This document shows positions 1 through 12,014 of a stretch of 64,000 nucleotides of DNA, piece by piece (the first letter of the stretch is position 1; each line of letters begins with the position of its first letter). Under the pieces are notes generated by a model, which was not told where the DNA came from, did not search any database, and worked only from the letters and a program-made list of their open reading frames with translations. The translations under genes and the position numbers were made by a program. Source of the DNA: the human T2T-CHM13v2.0 reference genome, Homo sapiens; NCBI RefSeq assembly GCF_009914755.1, contig NC_060933.1, one strand, 5' to 3'.

Positions 1-1215
1 CAGACAACGAAAGCAAAAATAAACAAGTGAGGCTACATCAAACCAAAAATTTCTGCATAACACAGGAAACAATCAACAAAATGAAAAGTCAACCTATGGA
101 ATGGGAGAACGTATTTGCAAACCATATATCTGATAAGGGGTTAATATCCAAAATATATAAGGAACTCCTACAACTCAATAGCAAAAAACCAAATAACCCA
201 ATTAAAAAACAGGCAAAAGACCTCAATAGACTTTTTTCCAAAGACATACAAATGGCCGCTAATCATCAGGGAAATGCGAAGCAAGACCACAATGAGATAA
301 TGCCTCACACTTGTTGGGATGGGTGTTGTCAAGACAACAAAAGATAACGAGTGTTGTCAGGGTATGGAGAAAATGAAACCCTTGTGTACCATTTGTGGAC
401 ATGTAAATTGGTAAGCCATTATGGAAAACAGCATGGAGATTCCTTAAAAAATTAAAAATAGAACTACCATATGATTCAGCAATTCTATTTTTTGGTATTT
501 ATCCAAAGGAAACAAAATCAATATATTGAAAAGATACCTGCATTCCCACATTCATTGCAGCATTATTCACAACAGTCAAGATATAGGAAAAACCTAAATG
601 CCTGTCAATAAATGAACTTATAAAGAAAATGTGGCATACACACACATATATATACACACACATACACACATATATATGCATACACACATATACATAAACA
701 TAATGTAATATTCACCTTAAAAAAGAAGGAAATCCTGTTATATGCAACAACTTGGATGAACGTGAAAGACATTATTCTAAGTGAAATAAGTCAAACACAG
801 AAAGGCAATTACTGCATAATCTCATGTATATGTAGAACCTAAAAACATCAAACTCATAGAAACAGAGTAGAAAGGTGGTTATTCAGGAGTCGAGGGAGGG
901 GGAAACAGGGAGATGGTGGTCAAAGGGCACAAACTTTCACTTATAAGATGAACAGCTACTGGGGCCCTAATGTACAGCATGGTGATTAAAGTCAGTAACA
1001 ATGTAGTATATACTTGAAGTTTGCTAAGAGAGTAGATATTAAGTATTCTCACCACAGGGGAAAAGAAAGACAACTATATAAGGGATGGATATATTAATTA
1101 GCTTGATTGTGGTAATCATTTCACAATGCATACATCTACCAAAACCTCACATGTATACTGAAATATATATTATTTTTATAAATTATACATCAATAAAGCT
1201 GTAAATAAAAAGAAT
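1..1215 (+). mobile_element. L1 3' end (ORF2 C-terminus + 3'UTR), L1MA8/9-like, runs off the left edge
   Basis: ORF 27..347 resembles the L1 ORF2 C-terminus ([30 protein letters not shown]). The L1MA-type 3'UTR ends in AATAAAGCTG plus an A-rich tail near 1192-1215. A CA/TA microsatellite lies at ~635-695. Confidence 0.93.
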
Positions 1216-1379
1216 TTTAAACTTATCTGACCCAAAGTTTGAATCTCTGGCTCAAGCATTTTTATGAGCTAAGTAGGGTCAGGTGCAATCTCATTTACGA
1301 ATAAGTAACTCAGTTGTCTGAGAGATTGTGCTGTCACAGGGTTTTCATACAGTTCTACTGAGTCAGGCATTCAGACACT

Positions 1380-1958
1380 GTTGACTGCCTAGCCCAACTG
1401 TCATACCGCACTTCTTCCTGGCTAACAAAACTCTGATTTCATTCATGTGGCCACGTGTACAGGCCCAGATAATCAACTGTGGTTGGTGTGAACCAGTCAT
1501 GACAACCCCATGTCCTTTCATCAGTTATTTACTCAGAGTTGAACAGGTGATCCAGTTCTGACCATTGAGACATATGGAGAAGTTACTGTGGAGTTCTGTA
1601 AAAGGAATCTCTGCCCCCATCCCCACCTCCATTAACACAGAGATAAAGGGGAAGAAACTCATTTTGCTTTCTAACCTGCACCCTCACTTCCTACTTTTGA
1701 GGTTATTCCATTAGAAAATGATGCTTGGAGCTGCAGCAGCCATTTTGTGACTATGAGGAGAGACACTGCATACAAACTGAGGATGGTAGAGCCAAAGGAC
1801 CAAAGGAATCACAATCTTTGATGGCACTGTCTAGCTGGAAACCAAACCTGAATCCTCACACCCCTAGATAGCCTAATCCAAAAGCAAATGACCTTAGAGT
1901 TTAAGCCATTCATGAGGAGATTTATGTTACTTGCACTACCCTTATTTTAAGGATATAC
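1380..1958 (+). mobile_element. MLT1J-like MaLR LTR
   Basis: Motifs GGAGCTGCAGCAGCCATTTTGTGACTATGAGG, GAGGATGGTAGAGC and TTTAAGCCA...TGTTACTTGCA match old MLT1 LTRs. Confidence 0.75.
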
Positions 1959-2267
1959 TAAGAAAACTTTCAATGACGGCTAAAACTTTGAAAAATAATT
2001 TACTTGTTATTGAGTCAGTATATTCTTCAAGAGCAAGGACATTTGGGTCCTTCGGCTTGTATTCCTAAGTCTTAGATCAGGATCTAGCACGTTGTGGATG
2101 TCTAGTAAACATGTGAAGCATACACACATATACTTACATAGACATACAAATTGCAGAGTAAATTTTGGGGTGAATATGAGTACACTCTAAAACGTTTAAA
2201 GAAGGGAAACTAGCATTTGTTGATAACCTTATGTAAGACAGCCCTTGTCGTGCTGGATTTCCCAAAC

Positions 2268-4046
2268 CAATGTAGTACCAAGGGCAGGATGGTGTGAGCG
2301 GTCTACCCGGGGTGCAGGCACCAAGGGTTGCATTGACTGTAAAGAATTTAAAAACAATACTGAAAAATGGACTGAAAAGTTGCTCTGCTCTTTATTATCA
2401 CCATGAGCTAGAAATTTTAAACAATGTCTGTGATAAAATGTTTCAACCCAAGAAAAATGTTTTGTTAGTCTAAATTCTAAACAATTGTTGTAGTTATTAC
2501 TGTTTTAATAATATATAAGTAAGCTTTAAATTAACACTTTCTGTTGTTAGCTATCCTTGAACAAACATTATATTCTACACAGAAGTTAATTCAGAGAACT
2601 CCCAGTTATATAGTTGGCCCCCAACAAGCAGAGACCCCGCCATGGGCATTCATGTTGAGACTACATTTGTGACAATTTAAAATAATTTCAGCTCACTTCA
2701 GATGTAGTCCACATCCTTAGCACTTGTGATACCACCTATCTCTATAGTTAAATAAGTGACTCTGAATGAACATTGACAGCACAGTGATTGAAAAAGATGA
2801 AGAAGCAAAACTGGAGTTATTTCATTTCTGACACTCAATGTGACTATTTAGAGATAATTCACATATAAAAATTAAAACAATAAAGCCCAGTAAAGGAACA
2901 AGAGTGTTATGTTGTCTGGTAAGTACAAATTTCAGCTCAGAAATAAAATATTTTTCCAAATTTGAATATTTTCTGATGGGAAGCTTTATATGACATTATT
3001 AGGCACCAAAACCACTATTTACCAATAGCCAGAATCAGCCTGATTAAATGTACAGTAAAACACCTGCTTTAAAATGAATGCTTGAAGTTTAGCACATAGA
3101 TATCATAGAGAAGGCCACTGACTATACAACAAAATGTAAAGAAATAGACTTTTGACATGAGAAAGATATTCAAATTTCTAAGAAAAATGCCAGGAGAAAC
3201 AACACAATCTGCTGGTCTTACATTGCTAGAAGAAATCAAAAAGACAAAAGGATGTTCAACTGCCTCAATGAGTTTCACAAGGAACTGGACACTTGTTCTA
3301 AAGCAATTGATCAAACAACGTTAACATTAGTTATCACACAGTAATTCTCCCTGATCTTTACAGACAATTTTACAAAATGTAACAGCTATTTTTGATAAAT
3401 TTGCTGGTGAAGGTATTTTATTTTATTTTAATTTTAGAGACACTTGAAAGCTGATAGAATTGATCCCAAAGAAACAAAGATGTGGCCAGTATAACAATTT
3501 CTGGAATTTTATCAATCTACCATATCTATCCTTATGTTTGATAGTTATCCTAACTATTTGTGTATCTGTTGATTCTTCCAAAAAATATTTTGAAATTAAA
3601 ATTAATAAAAACTCAAATTTTGATCAACTATCAGGGACGATAGGTGGACAAGTCTGGCTATGCTGTTCGTTGAACATAAATAGGCAAAGAAAAACAGTTT
3701 TGACAGCCATTGAAAATTTGGAGAAGGCACAAAAACAGAACCTGTAATGTTGTTTTGTACATATAAGTGTAAGCTTCTTCCCTTCTTAACAAATACATTA
3801 ATGTAATTAGAAAGTATGAATCCTTTAACTGTTTCCCTTTTTGGTAATGTCACTTTTTTTTTTCTTTTTTACTGGCATGATTATATATATGTTCACAGAA
3901 AAGTCTGACTGTCTGCATTTCTTTTCTTGCCACTGCTATTATTCGTTCATTTCATGATTACTGTGGAGGATCGTTTCGTCACTTAGAGGAGAGAGGTGTT
4001 AAAAATGATATGCCTCCATGTGTCAAGCATGCTAGGCACACCACTT
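2268..4046 (+). mobile_element. hAT-Tip100 DNA transposon (MER97-like), internally deleted, with transposase remnant
   Basis: Degenerate TIRs: CAATGTAGTACCA at 2268 and TAGGCACACCACT ending ~4046. Fossil hAT dimerisation domain at ~3510-3750 (LSLCLIVILTICVSV..., LKLKLIK..., STIRDDRWTSLAMLFVEH across frameshifts). Confidence 0.8.
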
Positions 4047-5079
4047 TCAGAAGCAGTGTTTTCCAAACGAGAAAACCAAAACTCAGTGAAGTTAGGTGTT
4101 TGAGGCCCCAACTTTAAATTTATCATGAAGAGAGTCCTTCATTAGGATTAGATGATTGCCATCCTTAGAGCCTACGGGGCTCACCAACTCAGCTCATGCA
4201 CAGGGTAAAGTTAACCATAAGTTGTTAGAGGAAACATTGTGGTCAACTGCGCATATATTTGTAAATTTTACTTGACTATCAGTCAACTCCATTCTAAAGC
4301 CTTTCTCCCAGACTCCCTGACTTCACCCAAACAGATTTTTCCACTAAAAAGAAAAAATCAACTGTGAAACAGCTTATTTATGTAAGCAAAAACATTATCA
4401 AGCCCCCATTTATTGTGACTCATACATGTACAATAAACTTGATTATACTTTTTGGTAATGTTACATTTCTAGTTAAGTTTATTAAAAACAGAACTCTGAG
4501 AGATGCAAAGAGAATCACTGTGAAAATCCACAATAAACCCCATACCCCCAGCCTTATTCCCCTAGTAATGTCATTCTTGACGATATACACAGGAAAGGCA
4601 AAAGGGGCCCCTTCTCAGTTGTGTTATACTATATTCTGTTTCCATGGGAATACATACTAAGGGGATGAAATCATGAAGTACTCCAGGAGGTGCTAATAAC
4701 TCAATGGGGCATAATAACCAGCTGAAGATATCTGCATTCACTAAACTATAGCAAAGGGGGATAATGGAAATTTGGGGGAGGGGAAGAAATGAGCACCACA
4801 GACATGAGACTAAGCTGATACTAAGGCCATGCCAGGTTTGAAGCTGCAGATCACATGTAATAGTATTTTATAACCGTGGATCACATGTAATACTAAAACA
4901 TCACCAATTGCAGTTTAATCTGGTCAAGGTCAGTGTTTATCCTCTAAAGGTCCAAGCACCTCTTTTTCTTCAATCTCTCTCCTCTCCCATAAAATTTCAA
5001 CCCAATAGATTTTTTGATCATTTTTTCTATTACTGTTACTATCCTCCAGTTTATCAAATTTATCTGTCAGCTATTGTGA

Positions 5080-5260
5080 CCATTAAATGCCAAGCAATTT
5101 GCAAAGATGATCTCATTTAAATTTCAGAATGTGCTTGTCGTGTAGGAATTACTTTTTTTTTCTATTTTGGTACTGGGGAAATTAAATCAGAGATCAGCAC
5201 AGCTCAGGAGCATAATGTGGGACTTGAACCCAGGTCCTTCTGGGGCATTCTCCACTAAAT
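5080..5260 (-). mobile_element. MIR SINE fragment
   Basis: ATCTCATTTAA...GGGACTTGAACCCAGGTC corresponds to the antisense MIR core. Confidence 0.65.
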
Positions 5261-5727
5261 TGTACTTCCTCATTGATGGTCCTCCTTATTCATTTGATTC
5301 AGACTTGGCAGTTTATAAACATCCTATAAAATAAGACAACTTTCTGCAGGCATAACAGGAATCCCAACTCCGTCTCAAGCTTCCTAGCATAACTAACCAA
5401 CTAAGAAGGTGCATGAGTCTTCTCTGTGGGTCAAAGGCCTTGATGGTTTTGGCAGGAAAGATAGAAAGTTTAGAATAGGTGTACCAATGAGAAGGTGAAA
5501 GAGAAAGGGAGAATACTACAGTGAAGGTATCTGAGAATGTTCCCTGCTGGGACCCACTAACTCATATGTGAGTCTTGCAGAGGAGGGCTGAAGCCCCAGC
5601 TGAAGGAGCTCTTTTCATGAAGGACTATGATACGCGGGGTCTAAGCTGTGCTGACCAGGGCATAAATGTAAACCAGAGTGGGAGAAAGGGCACTGTCCCA
5701 GCTCTGCACAGAAAATCATATGGCTTT

Positions 5728-6160
5728 GGTGTCAGTTAGGATCAGTTATCTCCAATCACAAATAGACCCAAAAAAGTCTAATGGGTCAAGAATAGAAGTG
5801 CTTCTTCTTGTTGCTTGTTTGCTTTTGATTGTATGTTTTTGGTTTGTGTGCACATATGTGCAGGTGCTCAGAAATAATAGACAATTCTAGTTTGGCAGGG
5901 GGCTGTGTTCACAAGATCTAGGCTCATTCCAAGATCTAGGCTCTGTCACCTTCAACACATGGTTTTCAAAGTCACCTCAGGCACTGATGTCAGAAGATGG
6001 GAAGAATGCAGAGAATCACACATAAAAGTTCCAATGCACCAGGCCTGGAAATGATGCCCCTCACTCCCACTCACATCTGCTGGTTGGAAATCAGTCACAT
6101 GACCAAATCTAACTGTGAGGGAGCCTGGGAAATGTAGTCTTGCTAGGTGCTCATGAGAGG
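5728..6160 (-). mobile_element. Old MLT1 (G/H/I-type) LTR
   Basis: AGTCACATGACCAAATCTAACTGTGAGGGAGCCTGGGAAATGTAGTC is the reverse complement of a conserved MLT1 block. Confidence 0.7.
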
Positions 6161-6617
6161 AAAAAAAAAAAAAAAGAAAGAAAAAGAAAAAACAGGTTAG
6201 TAACTAGCTAACAGACTTCAGGGAATTTAGCCCACTGGCATTAGCAGCTTTGAGAACATCAGATAATTTAAATATCAGCATTCTGAAAGAGGATTCCAGT
6301 TCGTGTGGTGGGAAAGCAACCCCTTGCTGTGGCTTCATTGTCAACAAGAAAGGCCCAAGGTAGGGGACATCTACTAATAAGAACCAGAAAGAAAATGGCT
6401 GTTTTCTTAAAGTAGCAGAGATGTCTGCTCAGGGCTCACAGAAAAGGAGATTGGGTAACAATTGGGAGAGCAAGAGCCAGAAATACCTAAAATTAAGAAG
6501 TGCTTATTTTAAAATATTCAGGCAATAAAGCAAGGAAATAAAAATAATATAAATATTACTAATTTCATGTGGTGATTAAAGTTATTAACATTTTTGTATG
6601 TAGCCTGCCAAAACACA

Positions 6618-6697
6618 TTCCTCTCCTTCCCTCTCTTCCCCTCCTCTCCCCTCCTTCTCCTCATGTTCCCTCTCCTCCTCACCTCTCTTTTCCTCTG
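6618..6697. repeat. Polypyrimidine (CT-rich) low-complexity tract
   Basis: About 80 nt almost entirely C/T. Confidence 0.85.
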
Positions 6698-6719
6698 TCT
6701 AGTCTGTAAGTGTAGAACT

Positions 6720-7915
6720 ATATTTTTACTATTAATGACTTTTACTCCTGCATAAAATGATTGAATAGTGAATCCTTCATGACTGGAAACTCAATTGCTC
6801 TTTTTCTTCTCTCTTCTCTGTATTCTTTTTACTTATAAATAAAGCATCAATGAATATTCCTGTTCATATATCTTGAGTTACTGATCTAACTATTTGCATA
6901 GGAAAAATTCCAAGACAAAATAATTGATGCACCATGCATCATTTGTACCTACACACTTGGGAGCATAACCCTAAGAGCATGCACGTTTAAAATTTTGAAA
7001 TACATTGCCAAATTTATCTCAAGAAAATTATACCCATTTAACCTTAGCAGTATATGAATGTTTGATCCCCATAGTTATCAATACTAGATAACTTTGCATT
7101 TTGTATAGCAAAAAAAGGAACTTGCATTCTTATTTCAATGTGTGTTTCTTTGATTATTAGTATAGTACAGCATCTATTCAAATGCTTTTTGGCCATCTTT
7201 TATTTATTGCATTTAAATATCTGGCAGCTCAGTGTTCTTTCCAATTGCTGCCACTTTCCGAATTTTTTTGCTATGTCAATATTTATATTTAGTTGAACTT
7301 TAAATAATTTATTTAAAAAATGTTAATTGAGATTGTGTCTAACATACAGATTTACTCAGATAATAACAGCATCACCAGAATAAATATTCACACAAGAACA
7401 ATGTGGAACTTTTATTTATTCTCTCTTATGATCTTTGATGCAGTTTTATAGTTTTCTCCATGTAAATCCTGAACCTTTATTTTTTCATATTTTTTCTAAA
7501 TATTTAATACATTAAGCTGTCTTTTGTATTAGAATGTTCTCCATTGTATTTCTTACCTGATCCTTCTTGTTAGAAAAGAGCTTTTCTAATTTTGTATATT
7601 CATTGTTTAATCAGCTATCTTATTGATTTCTCTTTTAATATTTAAGAATTTTTAGTTGATTTCTTGGGTTTTTATGAAATTGGAAATTTGACATTTTAAA
7701 CATGTATATGTCTTATTTTATCTTCTTAGCTATTTGTATCACTTTTCCAAAATAATGTGAAATAACAGTGGCAATAACAGACATACTTGACTTGTGTCTC
7801 CTTTTAATGGAAATAACATTGCATATAAATCTGTGTTTTTATGGTATGTGTATGAATGTGTATGCATATATATGTTTATCATATTGAGGAAATAGCATCT
7901 TTTAAATAAACTTTT
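6720..7915 (-). mobile_element. Ancient L1M (L1ME-like) ORF2 fragments
   Basis: T-rich antisense L1 motifs, e.g. AAATACATTGCCAAATT, TTTCTTTGATTATTAG and AATAACAGTGGCAATAACAGACATACTTGACTTGT. Confidence 0.7.
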
Positions 7916-8689
7916 ATTTTAAGTTCTAGACTTAATTCTGTTCCTTTTAGACTTTCAATAGGGAAAGACTGATAAAAGTTATTATGTGCCATTTTAACAT
8001 CAGTCATGCTACTTGCAGGAAGTAATTCCTACAGCTAGGCTTTGCGTTTGACAGGGAGTTTCCAAGCAAAAATGGGAGAATAACTTTGGTTATATTGCAT
8101 TCATTGCTGGTAACAGGAAAAGAAAAGACAAATCTCTCTTTCATTCTGTCAAGATACATCTCCTGTAATCTCAAGTTTAGCCATATTATGAAAACGTTAG
8201 AGTATTTTCAAAAGTAAATGATGACATATAAACTGTTAAGGAGGGCAAAATGACTGCCATGAAACTGACCAGATATCAAGTATTTATGTGGAAAACCTCA
8301 AATCTCATCATCCAACGGGTTTATAATGTGAAACCAAAATAAAGATGCCATAGGCAGGTAAGAGCTAGGTGTATGGTTGCTTTTAAAACTGATAGGATCC
8401 TTCAGAGGGATGAAAGAGTTGGTCTTTCATGTCTCTTTCACTTCTTTTAAGCCAATATGAGAGTCTACTAGAAGTAGAGGGAGCCAGCAGCCATTGGAAA
8501 TGTGGCAGGCAAAGAATGCCAGAGCAGAGGAGCAGGTAGTTTTGATTTGAACTAACTGACCTGAAGAACCAACTTGCCCAGTGGGGAATGGGGTCACAGT
8601 TGTATTTGCTCCAGCAAGCCTTTCCCTACTTCCTCCTCTACCTCCACTCCTAGTAAAATTAGACTCTTCCTTCCTTCTAAGCCCTATAC

Positions 8690-8885
8690 TATTTAGTCCC
8701 TTTGGCACTTTCTACTCTGGTTATCTATATGCCTATTTGTTTCCCAACCAGAAAATAAGACCATTAAAGGAAAAATCCATGTGTTTGTATCACTCCCACA
8801 CACACACTATAATGCCCAGCACAGGATCCTGTACAGCAGACACTGTACAGTAAACACTCATTGAATGAATAAATGAATGAATGAT
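8690..8885 (+). mobile_element. L2 3' end
   Basis: CCCAGCACAG...CAGTAAACACTCATTGAATGAATAAATGAATGAATGA tail. Confidence 0.65.
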
Positions 8886-8934
8886 ACGTGCAACCTTAAC
8901 TCAGGTCCCGTGACAGTATTACTACCGATAACAA

Positions 8935-9160
8935 GAATAATAATAACAAAAGCTAATTTTTATGAAGTGCCTACTATGCACCAAGATTTAAATATGCATT
9001 ACATTTTTTGTCCTTACAATGATCCTGGCAGGTAAATAGCATTATTCCCAATAAGAGATGAAAAAATGAGGTTCATTATGTCATTTGACTTGCCAAGGCT
9101 CACATAAAAGAGACTAGAGGACCTTTCTGACATCAAAGATCATGCTGTTTCCACTGTGCT
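8935..9160 (-). mobile_element. MIR SINE
   Basis: GTGCCTACTATGCACCA...GATGAAAAAATGAGGTTCA...GACTTGCCAAGGCTCACA. Confidence 0.75.
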
Positions 9161-10989
9161 AAGTTGTCAAGTGTGGATAAGAATTTCAACCCTTATTACA
9201 TGATCTGTTTGGTGTTCCTATTTTGTAAGGGTTACTTTGAAGAATTTTAGGAGAAAACAAAAGTGTGGTCAAATGCAAGTGGGATTTCCAATGAGTTTTG
9301 AAATTGGAGAAAATGCATTACCAAGCACTAAACAAACACTGAATCTGTTTTATGAGTTAATGGATTAAGTTGGATTTCAGTGGCATTCCTGTATCACACA
9401 CAGCATACACATGCTCATGCCTTTCTCCAAAGCTTAGGACCAGTTGGTGTTGATCACAGATGCAGCCAAATGGCTGGATTGTTTCAGAAGAATGCTGCAC
9501 ACAGAATTTGTATCTGAGACTGTTGCTTATCCAAAAACATTTATGGAAGAGTTCAGACACCCCAAGCAATTCTCCTGAAGACAGCATAAATAGTTCCCAC
9601 AATATATTTTCTTTTATTTTAATATAAGGTTTTGAACCCAAGAGCTCTCTCTTTTCCTTTCTATATACAGAATAAGTTGCCATGTAATACACGCTCAATA
9701 ATCGTTTGTTAAATTAGCAAAATTTAGCACTATGGAGTTTAAACCCATCTATACTGGTTTTTCTGTAAGTATTACCAAATCTGGTGTCATTTAAACAATT
9801 CTAAAAGTCTTGTAAGGAAAACTTCAAACTGAGAAGTGTGAGCAAAAACAGAGGAAAACAAACAAATAAAACCCTTGGATACCAGCTCACAAAGAGCCTC
9901 ATTTGTCATGACCAGAAGGGGGAAAATCACTAGAATAAGCACTTTTAGGAAATTAGACAACTAACTTCAAATGGTGATGAAATCTAAAGCAAGGATGGAA
10001 AATCGTTTTCAAGTTGCATTTAATCTTGATCAATCATTAGTAGCTTTCTGGAGCTTCTTGCTGAGAAGGGTCTGAAGCCAGATGCAGGCTTAGGGAAGAA
10101 AGAGCCATTCATAGTGTCTTACGGTCATAGTCACATAGTCATAGTCACATAGTCAGTCATTGTCCTGGTTCTCTTGCCATGTATATATTTTATAATCTAG
10201 ATTTAAAAGGAAAAAAGAAAGATTATGACTTCAAGATATGGTTTGGTCTGCCAGAGTCGTTTATTCAGCCATAAGACTTAGGAAAGATGCCATTTCTTTC
10301 TCTAGCCTACAAAATATATTTATTGAGACACTGAATTGTTAGAGATAACTTTTATTGAAAACTAGCATTCTCTAGGACTGTGTACAGGCCAGAAGTAAAC
10401 ATACATGAAAAAAATCAGTCTGATCCTTCTATTAACCAAATAATATGATATATAGGAAGACAACTTTTTAAATCATCCCCTGGCCTCATCCAATACACAC
10501 TCAACCATTTGTGTTTGCACAGTCACCTAGACAGAAGTGGGACTAGCTAATTCACCAGAGATGACTCCTAGCATGAGGGAGGCCAGCCCATGGAAGACTC
10601 TAAAGAAACATGGCACAATTGTGAGAATTCTGAATGCCAAACCACAAACAGTTTACAAAGAAGAATATTGGTCCTGTGGTCCTTTGGTTTTCCCACACTT
10701 AAAAGCACCAAGAGTTGGGAATTTCCCTAGAGGAGAAAAAAAGCCTAAAGTCAAATGCTGCCTAATAGCAGTTGAACGTAGTAAAAAAGATGTTTGATTT
10801 GAACCTACCTATTTGCATGTTATAAATTCTGCTCCAGATTGTATGTGTATTAAGTTTGAAAACAATGGTAGATGCTTAGTGATTTATGCTTTTTCATTAA
10901 AAAATACTATTGGCTAAAACCTGTGCTTTCTCACCTTCTCTGTTACGCATAGTAACAATGAGCCTCTCTATAGAACTTGGTTGCCCTTT

Positions 10990-11112
10990 TTTACTTTTAT
11001 TTATTTATTTTTTGAGACAGGGTCTCACTCTGTCACCCAGGCTGGAGTACAGTAGCACAGTCACAGCTCACTGCAGCCTCGACTTCTCAGGCTCATGTGA
11101 TCCTCCCACCTC
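10990..11112 (-). mobile_element. 5'-truncated AluJ (right-arm fragment)
   Basis: T-rich tail, then GAGACAGGGTCTCACTCTGTCACCCAGGCTGGAG...GATCCTCCCACCTC. Degenerate TSD TGGTTGCCCTTTTT / TGGTCAACCTTTTT. Confidence 0.9.
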
Positions 11113-12014
11113 TGGTCAACCTTTTTATAGGCACCTTTTGCCCAGTGATAGTTAAAAAAATTGCCTGCAAATGCTCAGAAGAAAACCCCACAAAACCTAG
11201 CCTCTAAGTGACACAGAAAATATCAAAATACGATGAATTATATAACACATACCTGTAAGATGACTCTTTAACTGTCTGACCAGTTTGAGAAAATATATCC
11301 ATTGTCTTAAGATGTAGAATATGAGAGAAGTTCACTAATGAAGAAAAATACTAATCAGAATTGGAATTTAAAGTAGATATCTATGCTTCTTCATCATTGG
11401 CTTTCAAAATTTTGCTTATTTGTTGTCCAAGATGTGAAAAAAAAAAGACCCTCACCTCATCTTTTATTCTTTCGTTTTATTTAGGTTATTGCTGGATTTT
11501 CTGCCCTTTTCAATAAATTGGGTAAGAGAGAACAAACAAAAAAATGCATCCTAATCTTAACCAACAGCAGTGTTCAATTTGCTAACAGTATCTAAGTTGA
11601 AAAGATTTTTATTTTGCTCTATCTGAGATTTCTATTATAAGGTGCTTCAAGTCTGTTTTGACAATGGTCAGAGTATAAATACACAAAAAACAGAAAGGAT
11701 CATTGTCCGGGCCTTCTAACTCTAATCCCAGAGCTCCACAAGATGGCTGATTTTGCTAGACTATCTTGTATACTCTCGAAAAGAAAGGTGAACATTTTAT
11801 TGTTAAGCCATTTCAGACAGAGAATAATTTATTCCAGCTACATAAGCATTCAGGAGAAAGTGGACAACCTTTTTTAGCAACATATTCCAGAGCCACAGGG
11901 TCACACAGTGCTTCCGCAGAAGGCCCAGTGTAAACATATATCATTTGCTGCCGGTGAAGACCCAGAAGCATCATTCTCTGGTCCTCCCCAGCCCAGGTTT
12001 CCCAAACTGTTTAC

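Noticed and set aside
27-347. ORF with L1 ORF2 similarity (also 16020..16400)
   Set aside because: Decayed retrotransposon fragments, not genes.
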